Below are positions 43,853 through 54,347 of a stretch of DNA of 64,000 nt, piece after piece; position 1 is the stretch's first letter, and each line of letters opens with the position of its first letter. Location: assembly GCA_963706025.1 (NCBI GenBank), contig CAVPLM010000011.1:32001-96000 (forward strand), read 5' to 3'. The DNA comes from an uncultured Actinomycetes bacterium (GTDB lineage Bacteria > Actinomycetota > Thermoleophilia > RBG-16-64-13). A model generated the notes under the pieces. It did not search any database. It was not told where the DNA came from and saw nothing but the letters and a program-made list of their open reading frames with translations. A program made the position numbers and the translations under genes.

Positions 43853-44140
43853 GTCCCCTCGCCACCAAGATTCCAGCATGTTCGCTCCCTAGCCTCCCCG
43901 ATGCCGGTTCAGCTCTTCCTGGTGCGGCACGACTTCTACTATCCAGCATAGCCGGTTTTCCTACTACCCACTGTCGTCACCCCCACCCAGGGCGGAGCTA
44001 TGCCCAAAACCAAGAAAAGGAGGACGACCATGCACGTCTGGACCGACAAGGAAATTGAACAACTGCTACGAGCCGCTGTCATGGATGAAGACTGTTGGGG
44101 ATGGTCGACTACCCGCGAACCTTCGTCCAGGCGATACCAC

Positions 44141-44602
44141 TCATGGAGGTGTGATTCCTCCCTTGTTGGACTCGTCTCGTGCTCTCATCTGCTGTCGTCT
44201 CGGAAGAAGCAAAGACGCAATCCCGATGACCGCCACAAAGGCTGCGGCATACTGCACATAGGAGCCGGGTACGGAGAAGTCCATCAGTCTGCTAGGAAGT
44301 ATTGACCGGCTTAGTGAAATACTTAGTGATATATCAATAGCATAAGCGAAAGTGAAACCGAGCCCAACTACCACGAACACCGATGCAACCAACATATCTC
44401 TTTTGAGCCGGAATACCACATACCACGATAGAAGCATCAACGCAATCGACAGAATAATGACAGCAAAGGAGGCAAACCATAGATATGGCCTCATATCTGT
44501 GGTAAGACCTGCTTCTAGGCGCAGATGCATGAGGACCCGTGAAAGGTAATGGGCCACAACAAATACACCTACCAAGCCAGCAAATGAAACCAGTTTTGAC
44601 AT
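44141..44602 (-). CDS. Four-TM hypothetical membrane protein, low GC
   Basis: GGAGG RBS, four hydrophobic helices, AT-richer DNA than flanks. Confidence 0.7.
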   Translation of the reverse strand: MSKLVSFAGLVGVFVVAHYLSRVLMHLRLEAGLTTDMRPYLWFASFAVIILSIALMLLSWYVVFRLKRDMLVASVFVVVGLGFTFAYAIDISLSISLSRSILPSRLMDFSVPGSYVQYAAAFVAVIGIASLLLPRRQQMRARDESNKGGITPP

Positions 44603-44969
44603 GATGCGCCTCCAGGTGCTGTCTGGTGCCACACTGTCCGAAAAGGACATGACAATCTTACATCCATGTGCTGTCTCTTCGTCAGAAGCCACTCCCCAAC
44701 CAAAGTGAGTCTAACCTCCCCGATAGCAGCCATTTCTCGGGCTATCGGGGGATTGGGACCGGAGGCAAAGACGAGGGCAGTGTCACAGAGGTACCGGAGC
44801 CAGTGTCGCCCAGGTATCGGAGCCGCGTCCCGGAGTGCCACACGGCTACCGGAGCCAATGTGGAAAGTATGTACCGGGACCGCACATCTAGGGCGAAGAT
44901 ACCGAGAAGGCAATGTGATACAACCATTCCTGAAGCTGCTTGCACTATAGGCCGTTTCGGGGGGCAAAG

Positions 44970-46317
44970 ATGTCGCAGAACGAAGACCGAAGCAGTCCAG
45001 ACCCGCAGGCGACGCGGGAGACGCGAGGGGCACAGGGACCGCAGGAGGCGCAGGCCGCCCACGCGCAGACCGCGCAGACCGCGCAGGCGGCGGCCCAGGC
45101 CCTGCGCGACCAGTTGGAGCCCTGGCATCGGGCGGTGGCCGACCCCGCCCAGGCCCAGGAGACCGTGCTCCGCCGGATCCTTCGCGACTATGCGCAGACG
45201 GGCTACGGCACTGCCCATGGCGCAGCGGAGGTCGCCGGCGCCGAGGGCATCGCGGACCCAGCGGGCGGCGATGGCGATCGCCCGAGCGGCGACGGCGGGC
45301 CGGCCGGCGGCGCCGCCGGCCGCCGCCCGGATAGCCGCCCTCATCGCCGCGTACCGGCGCGCCTTCCCCGTCATGACCTACGACGACTACAAGCCCCTCA
45401 TCGACGCCGTCATGGCCGGCGAGACCGGCCTGCTCCTGTGCGAGGAGCCGGTGGGCTGGGCCATCACCCGGGGCACGGTCGAGGGCGAGTCCAAGTTCAT
45501 CCCCATGACCCCCACCGACCTCCGCATGCGCGTGAGCGCCGGCCGGGCCATGATGGCCTACGTGGCCGCCACCAAGCGGCTGGACCTCTTCGCCGGCGTC
45601 AACCTCAACCTCAACTTCCCCTCCACTGTGGGCACTGTCCGCGTGGGCGACCGGGAGCTCGAATACGGCTACAGCTCCGGCATCTACACCAAGCACGTGT
45701 CCAAGTTCACGCCCATCCGCTCGGTCCCCGCCCAGGAGGAGATCGACGCGCTCGGCGGAGGCACCACCCGCGCGACTGGGACGACCGCTTCGAGCTGGCC
45801 ATCGAGAAATGCCGGGGCGAGAATGTCACGCTGGTCGGGGGAGTCTGCCAGACCGCCCTCGAGTTCGGGCGCTACCTAAGCCGGCGCCACGGCGTCTATC
45901 CCAAGCAGCTCTGGAAGACCCAGATCATGACCCTGGGCAGCACTCCGGGCATCAACACCCGGCACGCCGCCCAGCTCAACGCCCTCTACGGGCCGGTGGC
46001 CATCCGGGAGATCTACGGCGCCACCGAGGGCATGTTCGGCCAGCAGCGCGACGACCAGAAGGCCTGGGTGCCGAACTATGATCTCTTCTTCTTCGAGGTG
46101 CTCGACCCGCTCGGGCATCAAGATGCTCCACGAGATGAAGCCCGGCGAGACGGGCAGCCTGGTCGTCTCGACCCCCATCCTGGCCCGCTACCGCATCGGC
46201 GACACCATCCTGGCCCTGCGCCCGCCCTACTTCCGCTGCATCGGCCGGGAGTACTGGTGGACGCGCCTCGACTACCACTGGCACGAACTGAGCAGCTTCA
46301 ACCTGGGACGGCTCTAG
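44970..46317 (+). CDS. GH3 family acyl-adenylate/amido synthetase-like protein (frame breaks)
   Basis: AQETVLRRIL, YDDYKPLI, TRGTVEGESKFIP, EIYGATEG, LARYRIGD. Confidence 0.82.
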
Positions 46318-46467
46318 CCGCCAACCAGCGGATCTCAAGACCGCCCAGGCGGAAGGTGAGGGTCGATGTCATTGTTCCTGGCGTTTTCGACTGCCTGCAC
46401 CTTTCTGTTCCGCACGATGCCTTCGCTTGACTTCCGCCTGCTCCGCTGCTAGATTGCCTGCGGCATC

Positions 46468-46490
46468 TAAATGAGTATCATTCTCATTTA
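46468..46490. promoter_or_regulatory. Zur/Fur box
   Basis: Near-perfect palindrome TAAATGAGTATCATTCTCATTTA upstream of the Fur-family gene. Confidence 0.85.
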
Positions 46491-46539
46491 GCCTCGCACA
46501 ACGTGCCTCACACCCGGCTAACTGACTACTGGAATCGCG

Positions 46540-47016
46540 ATGCTCGATCTGTCCACGGTGATCTCGGAGCTCTCCCACCACGGGTTCAAGCAAACCCGCC
46601 AGCGCCTCGCGGTGCTCGAGGTGATTGCGGGCGCTCAGGCGCGTATGAGCCCTGCCCAGGTCCACGAGCAGGCTCGGCAGCTCTGCCCCGACCTGGGACT
46701 GGCCACCGTCTACCGCACCCTGGAGATCCTGGACCGGCTGGGGGCCATCCGCCGCGTGCACATGACGGACAACTGCGAGGGCTTCGCGCCCGCCGGCCTG
46801 GGCAAGGGCCATCATGTGGTGTGTGTCAACTGCGGAAGGGTGGCCGAGTTCACCGGCTGCAACGTGTCGAAACTCGTCCCGATGGCGACGCGGCAGACCG
46901 GGTTCCACGTCCAAGAGCACTTCTTGGAACTAATGGGTACCTGTGACGACTGCTACCGGGCCGCGGCGGGCATGGCAAACGCGCACGAGGATAGGAGAAG
47001 CAGATGCGCGTGCTGA
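46540..47016 (+). CDS. zur: Fur family regulator, likely Zur
   Basis: TRQRLAVL, GLATVYRTL, HHVVCVNCG, GTCDDC; upstream of Zn-binding protein. Confidence 0.85.
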   Translation: MLDLSTVISELSHHGFKQTRQRLAVLEVIAGAQARMSPAQVHEQARQLCPDLGLATVYRTLEILDRLGAIRRVHMTDNCEGFAPAGLGKGHHVVCVNCGRVAEFTGCNVSKLVPMATRQTGFHVQEHFLELMGTCDDCYRAAAGMANAHEDRRSRCAC

Positions 47017-48008
47017 GGCAGAAGCGGGCTGTCGCAGTCGGCCTGTGGGTGACTGTCGTGGTCTTGCTGATGAGTGCGATGTGGGCGGCGGGTTGTGGCT
47101 CCGACCAGGACGGTGCGCTTGGAACGACCGCAGTTGGCGGAACCTCTCTTAGCGTACTGGCCGCTGAGACCTTCCTGGCCGACATCGCCCAGAATGTGGC
47201 CGGCGACAAGGTGCAGGTGCAGTCCCTCATGCCGGTAGGGGCGGATCCTCACAGCTTCGAGCCCACCCCGGCCGACGTCGCCCGCGTGGCCGAGTGTAAC
47301 GTGCTGATCGTGAACGGCGCCGGCTTCGAGGCCTCCTTCAACGAGATTCTCATGAACGCCGGCGAGCAGGCCCAGTTGATCGAAGCGGCTGCCGGGCTCA
47401 CGAGCCGCACCGCGCGTGAGGGGGAGGAGGCCGTCGTGCTCGACACCGATCTGGCCGACGGAGGCCATCACCATGATGAGGGCGACCCCCACTTCTGGCT
47501 GGACCCGACCCTTGTGGTGAAATACGTCGAGAACATCCGCGACGGCCTCAGCCAAGCCGACCCGTCCAACGCAGCCGCCTACGCGGCGAACGCGGCCACG
47601 TACATCGCCAAATTGAACGAGTTGGATGCGTGGATCAAGGAGCAGGTGGCCCAGATCCCGCCCACGCAACGCCTGCTGGTCACCAACCACGAGAGCTTCG
47701 GCTACTTCGCCGATAGGTACGGCTTCAAAGTGGTAGGCACCATCATGCCCAGCGTGAGCACCGGCTCATCGCCGTCTGCGCAGCAGCTTGCCCGTCTGAT
47801 CGATACGATAGAGCAGACCGGCGCCCGCGCCGTCTTCCTGGAGACCGGTTCCAATCCGCAACTTGCAGAGCAGGTGGCCGCGCAGACCGGAGTCACGGCG
47901 GTGACCGAGCTCTACAGCCACTCGGTCACGGAGGCCGGTGGCCCTGCCCCCACCTACCTGGACATGATGAGAGCCAACACCCAGGCCATAGTCGGGGCCC
48001 TGAAGTAG
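47004..48008 (+). CDS. znuA: Zn/Mn ABC transporter substrate-binding lipoprotein
   Basis: DPHSFEPTP, His-rich loop, DPHFWLDP, HESFGYFA. Confidence 0.88.
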   Translation: MRVLRQKRAVAVGLWVTVVVLLMSAMWAAGCGSDQDGALGTTAVGGTSLSVLAAETFLADIAQNVAGDKVQVQSLMPVGADPHSFEPTPADVARVAECNVLIVNGAGFEASFNEILMNAGEQAQLIEAAAGLTSRTAREGEEAVVLDTDLADGGHHHDEGDPHFWLDPTLVVKYVENIRDGLSQADPSNAAAYAANAATYIAKLNELDAWIKEQVAQIPPTQRLLVTNHESFGYFADRYGFKVVGTIMPSVSTGSSPSAQQLARLIDTIEQTGARAVFLETGSNPQLAEQVAAQTGVTAVTELYSHSVTEAGGPAPTYLDMMRANTQAIVGALK

Positions 48009-48099
48009 ACGTCATGGCCCGCTCCGGTCGCAGGCCGGCCGGAAACCCTGTCGGAGCATGGAGAACAAGTCCGGTCCAGGGCTGCCGGCCGGGCGGCCC

Positions 48100-48588
48100 C
48101 TAGCGCCGCGGCACCAGCCGACCGACCAGTATGCCCACCCCGATGGCGATGACCACCACCGGTCCGATGACCTCCCAGTTCCCGAACCAGAGGCCGAAAC
48201 CCACCCCCAGCCAGATGGCGCACCAGATCAAGGAACCGAGTACCGGTCGCCGCCACCTGGGAACGACGATCCTGAGCAGGACTTCGGCGAGGAAGATGAC
48301 TCCGCCTCCCCAGAAGAAGACGGCCCACCCCTGATCTTCCTCTCTGAAGACGTCTTGGTTCTGCAGCAACAAGGTCACGCCGAACCAGATGATCACAAGC
48401 GCCCAAGCAACGAAGCCCAGCGGGTTGCGCCGGTACTTCTCGTCCAGATTTCGGCCCTTCTCCTGTTTCTTCTCCTGCCCTTTTTCCTGTTGCTTCTCGT
48501 CCTGTTTCTCGCCGCGATGCTGCTCTGGTGGCCGCTGCTGTTGCAGCGGCTGGTTTTGTGGCTGCTGGTCTTGCTGCTCTGGATCCAT
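48100..48588 (-). CDS. LiaF/DUF5668-like four-TM membrane protein with Gln/Glu/Lys-rich N-terminus
   Basis: Four TM helices, WEVIGPVVVIAIGVGILV. Confidence 0.65.
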   Translation of the reverse strand: MDPEQQDQQPQNQPLQQQRPPEQHRGEKQDEKQQEKGQEKKQEKGRNLDEKYRRNPLGFVAWALVIIWFGVTLLLQNQDVFREEDQGWAVFFWGGGVIFLAEVLLRIVVPRWRRPVLGSLIWCAIWLGVGFGLWFGNWEVIGPVVVIAIGVGILVGRLVPRR

Positions 48589-48790
48589 AGTCGCCTCCCA
48601 AAACCGGAACTCTGCCACGACGCTTCGATCTCGCGATCACTACCCTTTCGATTCTACACGGATTGATAGCTTTGTTGAACCGCTCGTCAAGCACCGGCCA
48701 AGCGGGTGCTACGCTGTAGTCTGATCGAGATTCGTCAAGGGCTTTTGCGGGGGCGGAGGCGCGACAGGTGCGTAGATACGAAGCGCGGAG

Positions 48791-49570
48791 GTGGACGTGG
48801 GCAGATTGAGAGACAAGGTCGCCATAGTCACCGGCGCGGGCTCGGGGATAGGCCGGGCAGTCGCGATCGCATTCGCCAAGGAGGGCGCGCGCGTCGTGGT
48901 CAACGATCGCCGGCGAGACGGGATGGGCGAAGAGACCGTCGCCTTGATCGAAGCGGCCGGCGGCGACGCCGTCTACGTCGACGCCGACGTCAGCCGGGAA
49001 GCGGAGGTCGAGCGGCTCGTCCAGACGGCGGTCGACACCTACGGGCGACTGGACGTCCTGGTGAACAACGCCGGCGTGGCGATATACAAGCCGCTTCAAG
49101 AGCTGACCGAGCAGGACTTCGACCTCGTGGTCGCCGTCAATCAGAAGGGGACCTTCTTCGGGACCAAGCACGCCGTCCCGGCGATGATCGCGGCCGGAGG
49201 AGGATCGATCATAAACACGGCTTCCATCGCCGCGGACCACGGCCAGCACGGCTCCTTCGTCTACGGCGCCACCAAAGGGGCGATCCTGTCGATGACCAGG
49301 ATCGCCGCTGCCGAACTGGCGCAGTTCAACATCCGCGTGAACGCCGTCCAGCCCGGTGTGATCAAGACGGGCATGGCCGCCGCCGGCGGCGAGCACAGGG
49401 CCCGGGTGATGGAGCGGTGCGCCCGGGAGACCCCGCTGGGGAATCGGATAGGGACTACCGAGGAGTGCGCGCCTCTCTACGTCTTCCTGGCGTCGGACGA
49501 ATCCAGCTTCATCACGGGTCAGAAGATGGCGGTGGACGGCGGCATCCTTGCCGAGAGCCACATCATATGA
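48791..49570 (+). CDS. SDR family oxidoreductase
   Basis: TGAGSGIG, NNAG, YGATK, VDGG. Confidence 0.95.
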   Translation: MDVGRLRDKVAIVTGAGSGIGRAVAIAFAKEGARVVVNDRRRDGMGEETVALIEAAGGDAVYVDADVSREAEVERLVQTAVDTYGRLDVLVNNAGVAIYKPLQELTEQDFDLVVAVNQKGTFFGTKHAVPAMIAAGGGSIINTASIAADHGQHGSFVYGATKGAILSMTRIAAAELAQFNIRVNAVQPGVIKTGMAAAGGEHRARVMERCARETPLGNRIGTTEECAPLYVFLASDESSFITGQKMAVDGGILAESHII

Positions 49571-49641
49571 CCCGCGCCGGCGGAGACCTGGTCTAGCGGA
49601 GACCTGCCCCAGGGGATCCCCGCCCTTGGCGGATCCCCGCC

Positions 49642-50403
49642 CTAGGAGATCCCGAGGATCTTGTGTATCTGGAGCGACAGGCGCCACTCTGGATGGTCCA
49701 TGACGAGCGCGATGGCCCGCCTGCACGACTCCTGGTAGGGGCCGGCGTCCCCCCCACCCCTCCCGGCCACTCCCCCCGCCCCGGCCATCCCGGCCACCGC
49801 TCCTTCCCCGGACGCGGGCTGCAGAAAGACGACGGCGCCCGGGTGCGACGCGGCCAGCCGCTCCGCGGTGGCCGCGTCCAGGTGGTCGTCGACCACCAGC
49901 TTGAGTTCGTCCACGGACCCGGCCCACTGCGAAGCGACGAAGTAGTCCGGCGGCTTGGGGCTGATCACGACCCAGTCGAAGGCGCATCGGGCGTCGGTAG
50001 CCCCGCTCGAGGCCGCGCCGGCGCCTTCCCAGGCGACGGTCGGCCCTTCGCGCGGGACGAGGGGCGCCGGCGGGTTCACGGTCCCATTGGTCTCCAAGTG
50101 CACCCGAATTCCCCACCTGTGCGCCTCGGCCACAAGCTCTCCCACAACATCAACTTGAAGTAGAGGTTCACCTCCGGTGAGGCAGAGGCGCGGCAGATGA
50201 ACCCGGCGAAGGATCTCGGCGACCTCCAGCTCTTCACCGGCGCCACGGTCCCAGCTGCCGGGCGTGTCGCACCAGGCCACACACCCCAGTCCCAGCTCCG
50301 GACCGTTACATCCGGACAGGCGGACGAAGGTCATGGGAGTGCCGGTCCAGTAGCCCTCACCCTGGAGCGAGTCGAAGATCTCCAATGTTCGCAGGGTGGT
50401 CAT
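49642..50403 (-). CDS. queE: 7-carboxy-7-deazaguanine synthase (radical SAM)
   Basis: EIFDSLQGEG, FVRLSGCN..C..WCDT, TGGEP, ETNGT, LSLQIHK. Confidence 0.93.
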   Translation of the reverse strand: MTTLRTLEIFDSLQGEGYWTGTPMTFVRLSGCNGPELGLGCVAWCDTPGSWDRGAGEELEVAEILRRVHLPRLCLTGGEPLLQVDVVGELVAEAHRWGIRVHLETNGTVNPPAPLVPREGPTVAWEGAGAASSGATDARCAFDWVVISPKPPDYFVASQWAGSVDELKLVVDDHLDAATAERLAASHPGAVVFLQPASGEGAVAGMAGAGGVAGRGGGDAGPYQESCRRAIALVMDHPEWRLSLQIHKILGIS

Positions 50404-50457
50404 CGCGGCAGGGTGGTCATCGCGGCAGGGGCATCGATATCGCCGTCTGCCTGCCTG

Positions 50458-50820
50458 TCAGGCAGTGACTTCCACGTACGTGTTCGGCCCCTCGGCCAGA
50501 CGCACCCGCACCACCGGTAGACCGGCATCCTGCAGGCGGCCGAAGACCCAGGCCGCCACGGCCTCCACCGTGGGCACGAAATCGAAGAGCTCATTGAGGA
50601 GCTGGTGATCGAGGTGGTCGATGATCAGTTCGTCAACCCGTTGCCGAAGGTCGGCGAAATCCATGACCATCCCCGCCGCGGGGCCAAACTGCTGAGGCTT
50701 GCCCTCCACCGTCACTTCCAGGCCATAGGTGTGGCCGTGCAAACGGCAGCATTTGCCCTCGTGCTCGGGCAGCCGGTGGGCAGCGGCGAAAGTGGCGGCA
50801 ACTGTGATGGTGGTCTTCAC
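50458..50820 (-). CDS. queD: 6-carboxytetrahydropterin synthase
   Basis: FAAAHRL, CCRLHGHTY, LDHQLLN, PTVE. Confidence 0.93.
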   Translation of the reverse strand: MKTTITVAATFAAAHRLPEHEGKCCRLHGHTYGLEVTVEGKPQQFGPAAGMVMDFADLRQRVDELIIDHLDHQLLNELFDFVPTVEAVAAWVFGRLQDAGLPVVRVRLAEGPNTYVEVTA

Positions 50821-50837
50821 GACGGAGCCGGGAGTCC

Positions 50838-51711
50838 TCAGCTGCCTGCGCGAGGATTCGCCGCGCCTTGGTCGGTTGCCGCGCCGTGGTCGGTCGGCGC
50901 GACTTCGTCGACCGCCGCGCCCCCGCCGGCCGTTGGGCCCCCGCCGGCCGTCGCGCCTTCGCCGTGGCCACCGGCCTGCTGCTCGTAGGGGATGGGGTCG
51001 ACGGCACCGGCGCTTCTGAAGGCAGCCAGCCTTGCCTGGCACGTATCGCACACGCCACAGGCCGGCCGGCGGCCCTGGTAGCAGGAGTGGGTCAGCTCGT
51101 AAGGGACGCCGTGGTCCAGGCCCCAACGGATGATGTCGGCCTTAGACCAGTGGACGAACGGCGCCTGCACCCGCAGTTCGTACTGCGTGCCCAGCAGCAC
51201 CGCCTCGTCGGCGGCCGCCACGAACTCGGGCCGGCAGTCGGGGTAGCCGGTGTGGTCGTCGTGATGGACTCCCAACCACAAGACCCCGGGGCCGAAGGCG
51301 TCCTGGAGACTGGCCATGTGCGCCAGGAAGAGCAGGTTCCGCGCCGGCACGTACGACGGCGCCACCCCACTGATGCCCGCGAGATCGCGTCCCTCGGGCA
51401 GGGCCACTTCGGCGTCGGTGAGCGCCGAACCGTGGATGGGAGCAAGCTCGATCAGGAAATGCTCCATCCCGAACGCCGCAGCCACCGTCCGGGCGGCCTC
51501 CAACTCGACGACGTGCTTCTGACCGTAGAGGAAGGTGTAGGCCTTGACCGGTTCCCCCGGATGCTGCTCCCTTATCCAAGCGGCGAGCGTTGTCGAATCC
51601 AGACCGCCGCTAAGGAGCAGGCAGTGCGTCGACTGTCGCGGGCGCCGGCGCGGGCGCCGAAGCCAGCCGCGGTCCGGGCGCGGGCGCCGCGCCGGCCGCC
51701 CGCTCGCTCAT
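50838..51711 (-). CDS. queC: 7-cyano-7-deazaguanine synthase (frame break ~51620)
   Basis: LLSGGLDS, YGQKH, YVPARN, YPDCR, SCY..CGVCDTC. Confidence 0.92.
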
Positions 51712-52118
51712 GTCCTCTCCCGGCAACCGTGCTCGGCTCGCACCACGGTCTTGATGTTGCCGCGCACGCTGAAATCGGCGGTGACCCGCATCCAGCGGGG
51801 TTGGAGAAGCGTCACGAGATCGTCCAGGATTTGATTGGCAGCCGCCTCGTGTGAGATATGGCGATCCCGGTAGCCGTTGATGTACAGCTTGAGGGATCTC
51901 AGCTCCACGATCCACTCGGCCGGCTGGTAGCGGATCTTGATCAGGGCGAAATCGGGGAAGCCCGAACGAGGGCAGAGACAGGTGAACTCCGGGATGTCCA
52001 GCGAGATGAGGTAGGCCCTCTCTGGGTGCGGATTGGGCCACGGCTCGAGCTTGTTCTCGCGGATCGCGATGGTGCCGTAGAGCTCGCTCGGCGCTTGCTT
52101 GTCAGGGCCGTTTTCCAT
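51708..52118 (-). CDS. queF: NADPH-dependent preQ0 reductase
   Basis: PEFTCLCP..PDFA, VELRSLKLY, SHE. Confidence 0.93.
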   Translation of the reverse strand: MENGPDKQAPSELYGTIAIRENKLEPWPNPHPERAYLISLDIPEFTCLCPRSGFPDFALIKIRYQPAEWIVELRSLKLYINGYRDRHISHEAAANQILDDLVTLLQPRWMRVTADFSVRGNIKTVVRAEHGCRERT

Positions 52119-52282
52119 GCCGGCAAGTATACCGTGCTGATATAGTGGCGACGGTTTCAGTGATGGCACGGGGAGAGACGAATGCAAGACCTCATTTTCG
52201 ACAGGCGCCGACTCCGGCGCAACTACGGCGCGACCACGAAGGTTCGCCCCATCCACGCCGGATCGCCGGCGCTGGTGGCCCG

Positions 52283-53047
52283 ATGAGACGCGGCGGCCGG
52301 CGCTGGCTCGTGTTTCTGGGCATTGGGCTGGTGCTCCTGTCGGCCATACTCTTGAGCATCAACTTCCTCGTCTTCAGGGACGCGCGCAACATCTTCTTCT
52401 ATCTGGTGTTGGATCTGGCCTTCATTCCCCTGGAAGTCCTCATCGTGGGCCTGGTCATCGAGCGGCTCATCTCGTTACGCGAAAAGCGCGCCCTTGCGCA
52501 CAAGCTCAACATGGTGATCGGCGCTTTCTTCAGCGAGTTGGGCACGCCTCTGCTCGCCGAGCTATTGCCCGCGATGTGTCAGGCGCCCGAGATCAAGGAG
52601 CGGCTCCATGTGAAAGCATCCTGGAAAAGGGAGGATTTCGCCCGAGCCTCGCAGTATGCCCGCGACCTGAAGTGCGACCCTGACTTGAGCCGTATCGATC
52701 GAGATGCGCTCAAGGCTCATCTTCTGGAGCAACGCCAGTTCGTGCTCCGCCTGCTGGAGAACCCCAATCTCATGGAGCACGAGCGCTTCACCGACCTGCT
52801 ATGGGCCGTGCTCCACGTGGAGGAGGAGTTGGAGGCGCGGGACTCGCTCACGGACCTCTCCCCCGCGGACGAAGCTCACCTACAGTTGGACGTTCGCCGA
52901 GCCTACAACGCGCTGCTGGCGGAGTGGCTGCTGTACGTGGAGCACCTGAAGGCCGACTATCCCTACCTGTTCTCGCTGGTCGTGCGCATGCACCCGTTCC
53001 AGGAGGCGCCCGACCCGGTGGTGACCGACCAGCCGGCGTCCACCTAG
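52283..53047 (+). CDS. Conserved hypothetical membrane protein
   Basis: Two N-terminal TMs, KLNMVIGAFFSE, LLENPNLMEHERFTDLLWAV, YPYLFSL. Confidence 0.8.
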   Translation: MRRGGRRWLVFLGIGLVLLSAILLSINFLVFRDARNIFFYLVLDLAFIPLEVLIVGLVIERLISLREKRALAHKLNMVIGAFFSELGTPLLAELLPAMCQAPEIKERLHVKASWKREDFARASQYARDLKCDPDLSRIDRDALKAHLLEQRQFVLRLLENPNLMEHERFTDLLWAVLHVEEELEARDSLTDLSPADEAHLQLDVRRAYNALLAEWLLYVEHLKADYPYLFSLVVRMHPFQEAPDPVVTDQPAST

Positions 53048-53086
53048 GCGGCGTCAACCTAGGGAGCGTCCACCTAGGCGGCGTCC
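53035..53086. repeat. 15-bp tandem repeat (~3.5 copies) at convergent gene ends
   Basis: GGCGTCCACCTAGGC / GGCGTCAACCTAGGG / AGCGTCCACCTAGGC / GGCGTCC. Confidence 0.85.
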
Positions 53087-54216
53087 GACTCCCGGCTGCG
53101 CCGTGAGGGTTGGCTGCCGGCTGTGAGCAGCTTGACGGTGCCTTTTGCGCGCTCCTGATAGTTGGCCACGATCCGGCCTCGGACATCACCCAGCAGTTGC
53201 TCGTGGGCCTCGAGCACGTACGCGGTGACCTGAGGCCTGGCCATGATCATGAAGCGACGCAGTTCGTCCTGCATATTCACACGCATCTGGCCCGTGGGGT
53301 TGACGAGGCGGTCGAATACTCCCCCCAGAGCCGCCCCGGCCGCCGCCCCCACGATAGGCAACGCAAGCCCGCTCGACGCCGCGCTGCCAACGAACAACCC
53401 GGCCATACCCAGAGCGGCGGTGGTGCGCCGTCCCCGGCGCAGCGCCACCTCAGTCTGGAACTGAGCGCCCTGCTCGATCTGAAACGGGACCACGCTCAAG
53501 GGTTCCACTTTCTCCCGCGCTTTGCGCCTCCTGCGTACCCACCACCAGTAGGTTAGGAAGGACGCGATCGCGGCGAGGACCAGCACCGCCACAGAGACCC
53601 ACCGGCGGACCGGCCCGCCCCATCCAATGACGGCGGTAAGGGCTGCGGCCACGGCCACCAGTATCACGAAGACCTCCCAGAATCGCCTTCGCCAGGCGAA
53701 GCGGCGGAGTTCACTCCGGTACATCTCGTCGAAAACCGCCTGGGTACTCTCGACGTACCAACTCTCGTAGCTCTGCAGGATTGAATCGCATCTTGTATTG
53801 CATCTAATGAATAGCGCACTAATAGTTGCATCCCAGGACATCCGGAACTTGGTGCTGAACTGGCGCAGCTCACTCCGAGAGGCCGACTGTATGTAGCTCA
53901 TCATCCGGGTCTCGAAGGCCCCCAGTTGAGCAAGGGTCTCGGCTTCGGCCCAGCGCTGGTGCTCCCGGAACTCCCCGACGATACTGTCGATGACGGCACG
54001 GAGGTCGCTGGGGATGGGGATGTCGTCCTCGGGTGGACCCTCTTTGAGGAAGGCGGAGAGGATCTCATAGGCAGCTCGGATCCTTATGAACGCGGCCGCC
54101 TCGCCCCCCCGATCCGGATGGGCCTCTGAGACCAGCCGCCGGTAGGCCGCCTTGACCTGGGCAGCCGTGGCATCTCGGGGCAGGCCCAGGACCTGGTATG
54201 CCTCTTGTAGCGTCAC
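53074..54216 (-). CDS. J-domain membrane protein
   Basis: AYQVLGL..AYRRL..HPDRGG..AYEIL; downstream TMs. Confidence 0.88.
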   Translation of the reverse strand: MTLQEAYQVLGLPRDATAAQVKAAYRRLVSEAHPDRGGEAAAFIRIRAAYEILSAFLKEGPPEDDIPIPSDLRAVIDSIVGEFREHQRWAEAETLAQLGAFETRMMSYIQSASRSELRQFSTKFRMSWDATISALFIRCNTRCDSILQSYESWYVESTQAVFDEMYRSELRRFAWRRRFWEVFVILVAVAAALTAVIGWGGPVRRWVSVAVLVLAAIASFLTYWWWVRRRRKAREKVEPLSVVPFQIEQGAQFQTEVALRRGRRTTAALGMAGLFVGSAASSGLALPIVGAAAGAALGGVFDRLVNPTGQMRVNMQDELRRFMIMARPQVTAYVLEAHEQLLGDVRGRIVANYQERAKGTVKLLTAGSQPSRRSRESDAA

Positions 54217-54347
54217 GGCAACATGATAACAGGGGGTTCGGAACGCCTAACAGGCTGCTGAAGAGTGACGCTTCGCCACCGGACTGCGATGGGTATCGCG
54301 CCGCCCAGTGCTTTCCGGTGGCCGGGGCTTCGTTTTTCGGCAGCCTT

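Noticed and set aside
40502-44602. Integron cassette array
   Set aside because: No repeated attC-like sites seen between genes, mixed orientation, no integrase.
49642-52118. Dpd 7-deazaguanine DNA-modification defence system
   Set aside because: queF is present and no dpdA or other dpd genes are nearby, consistent with ordinary queuosine precursor synthesis.
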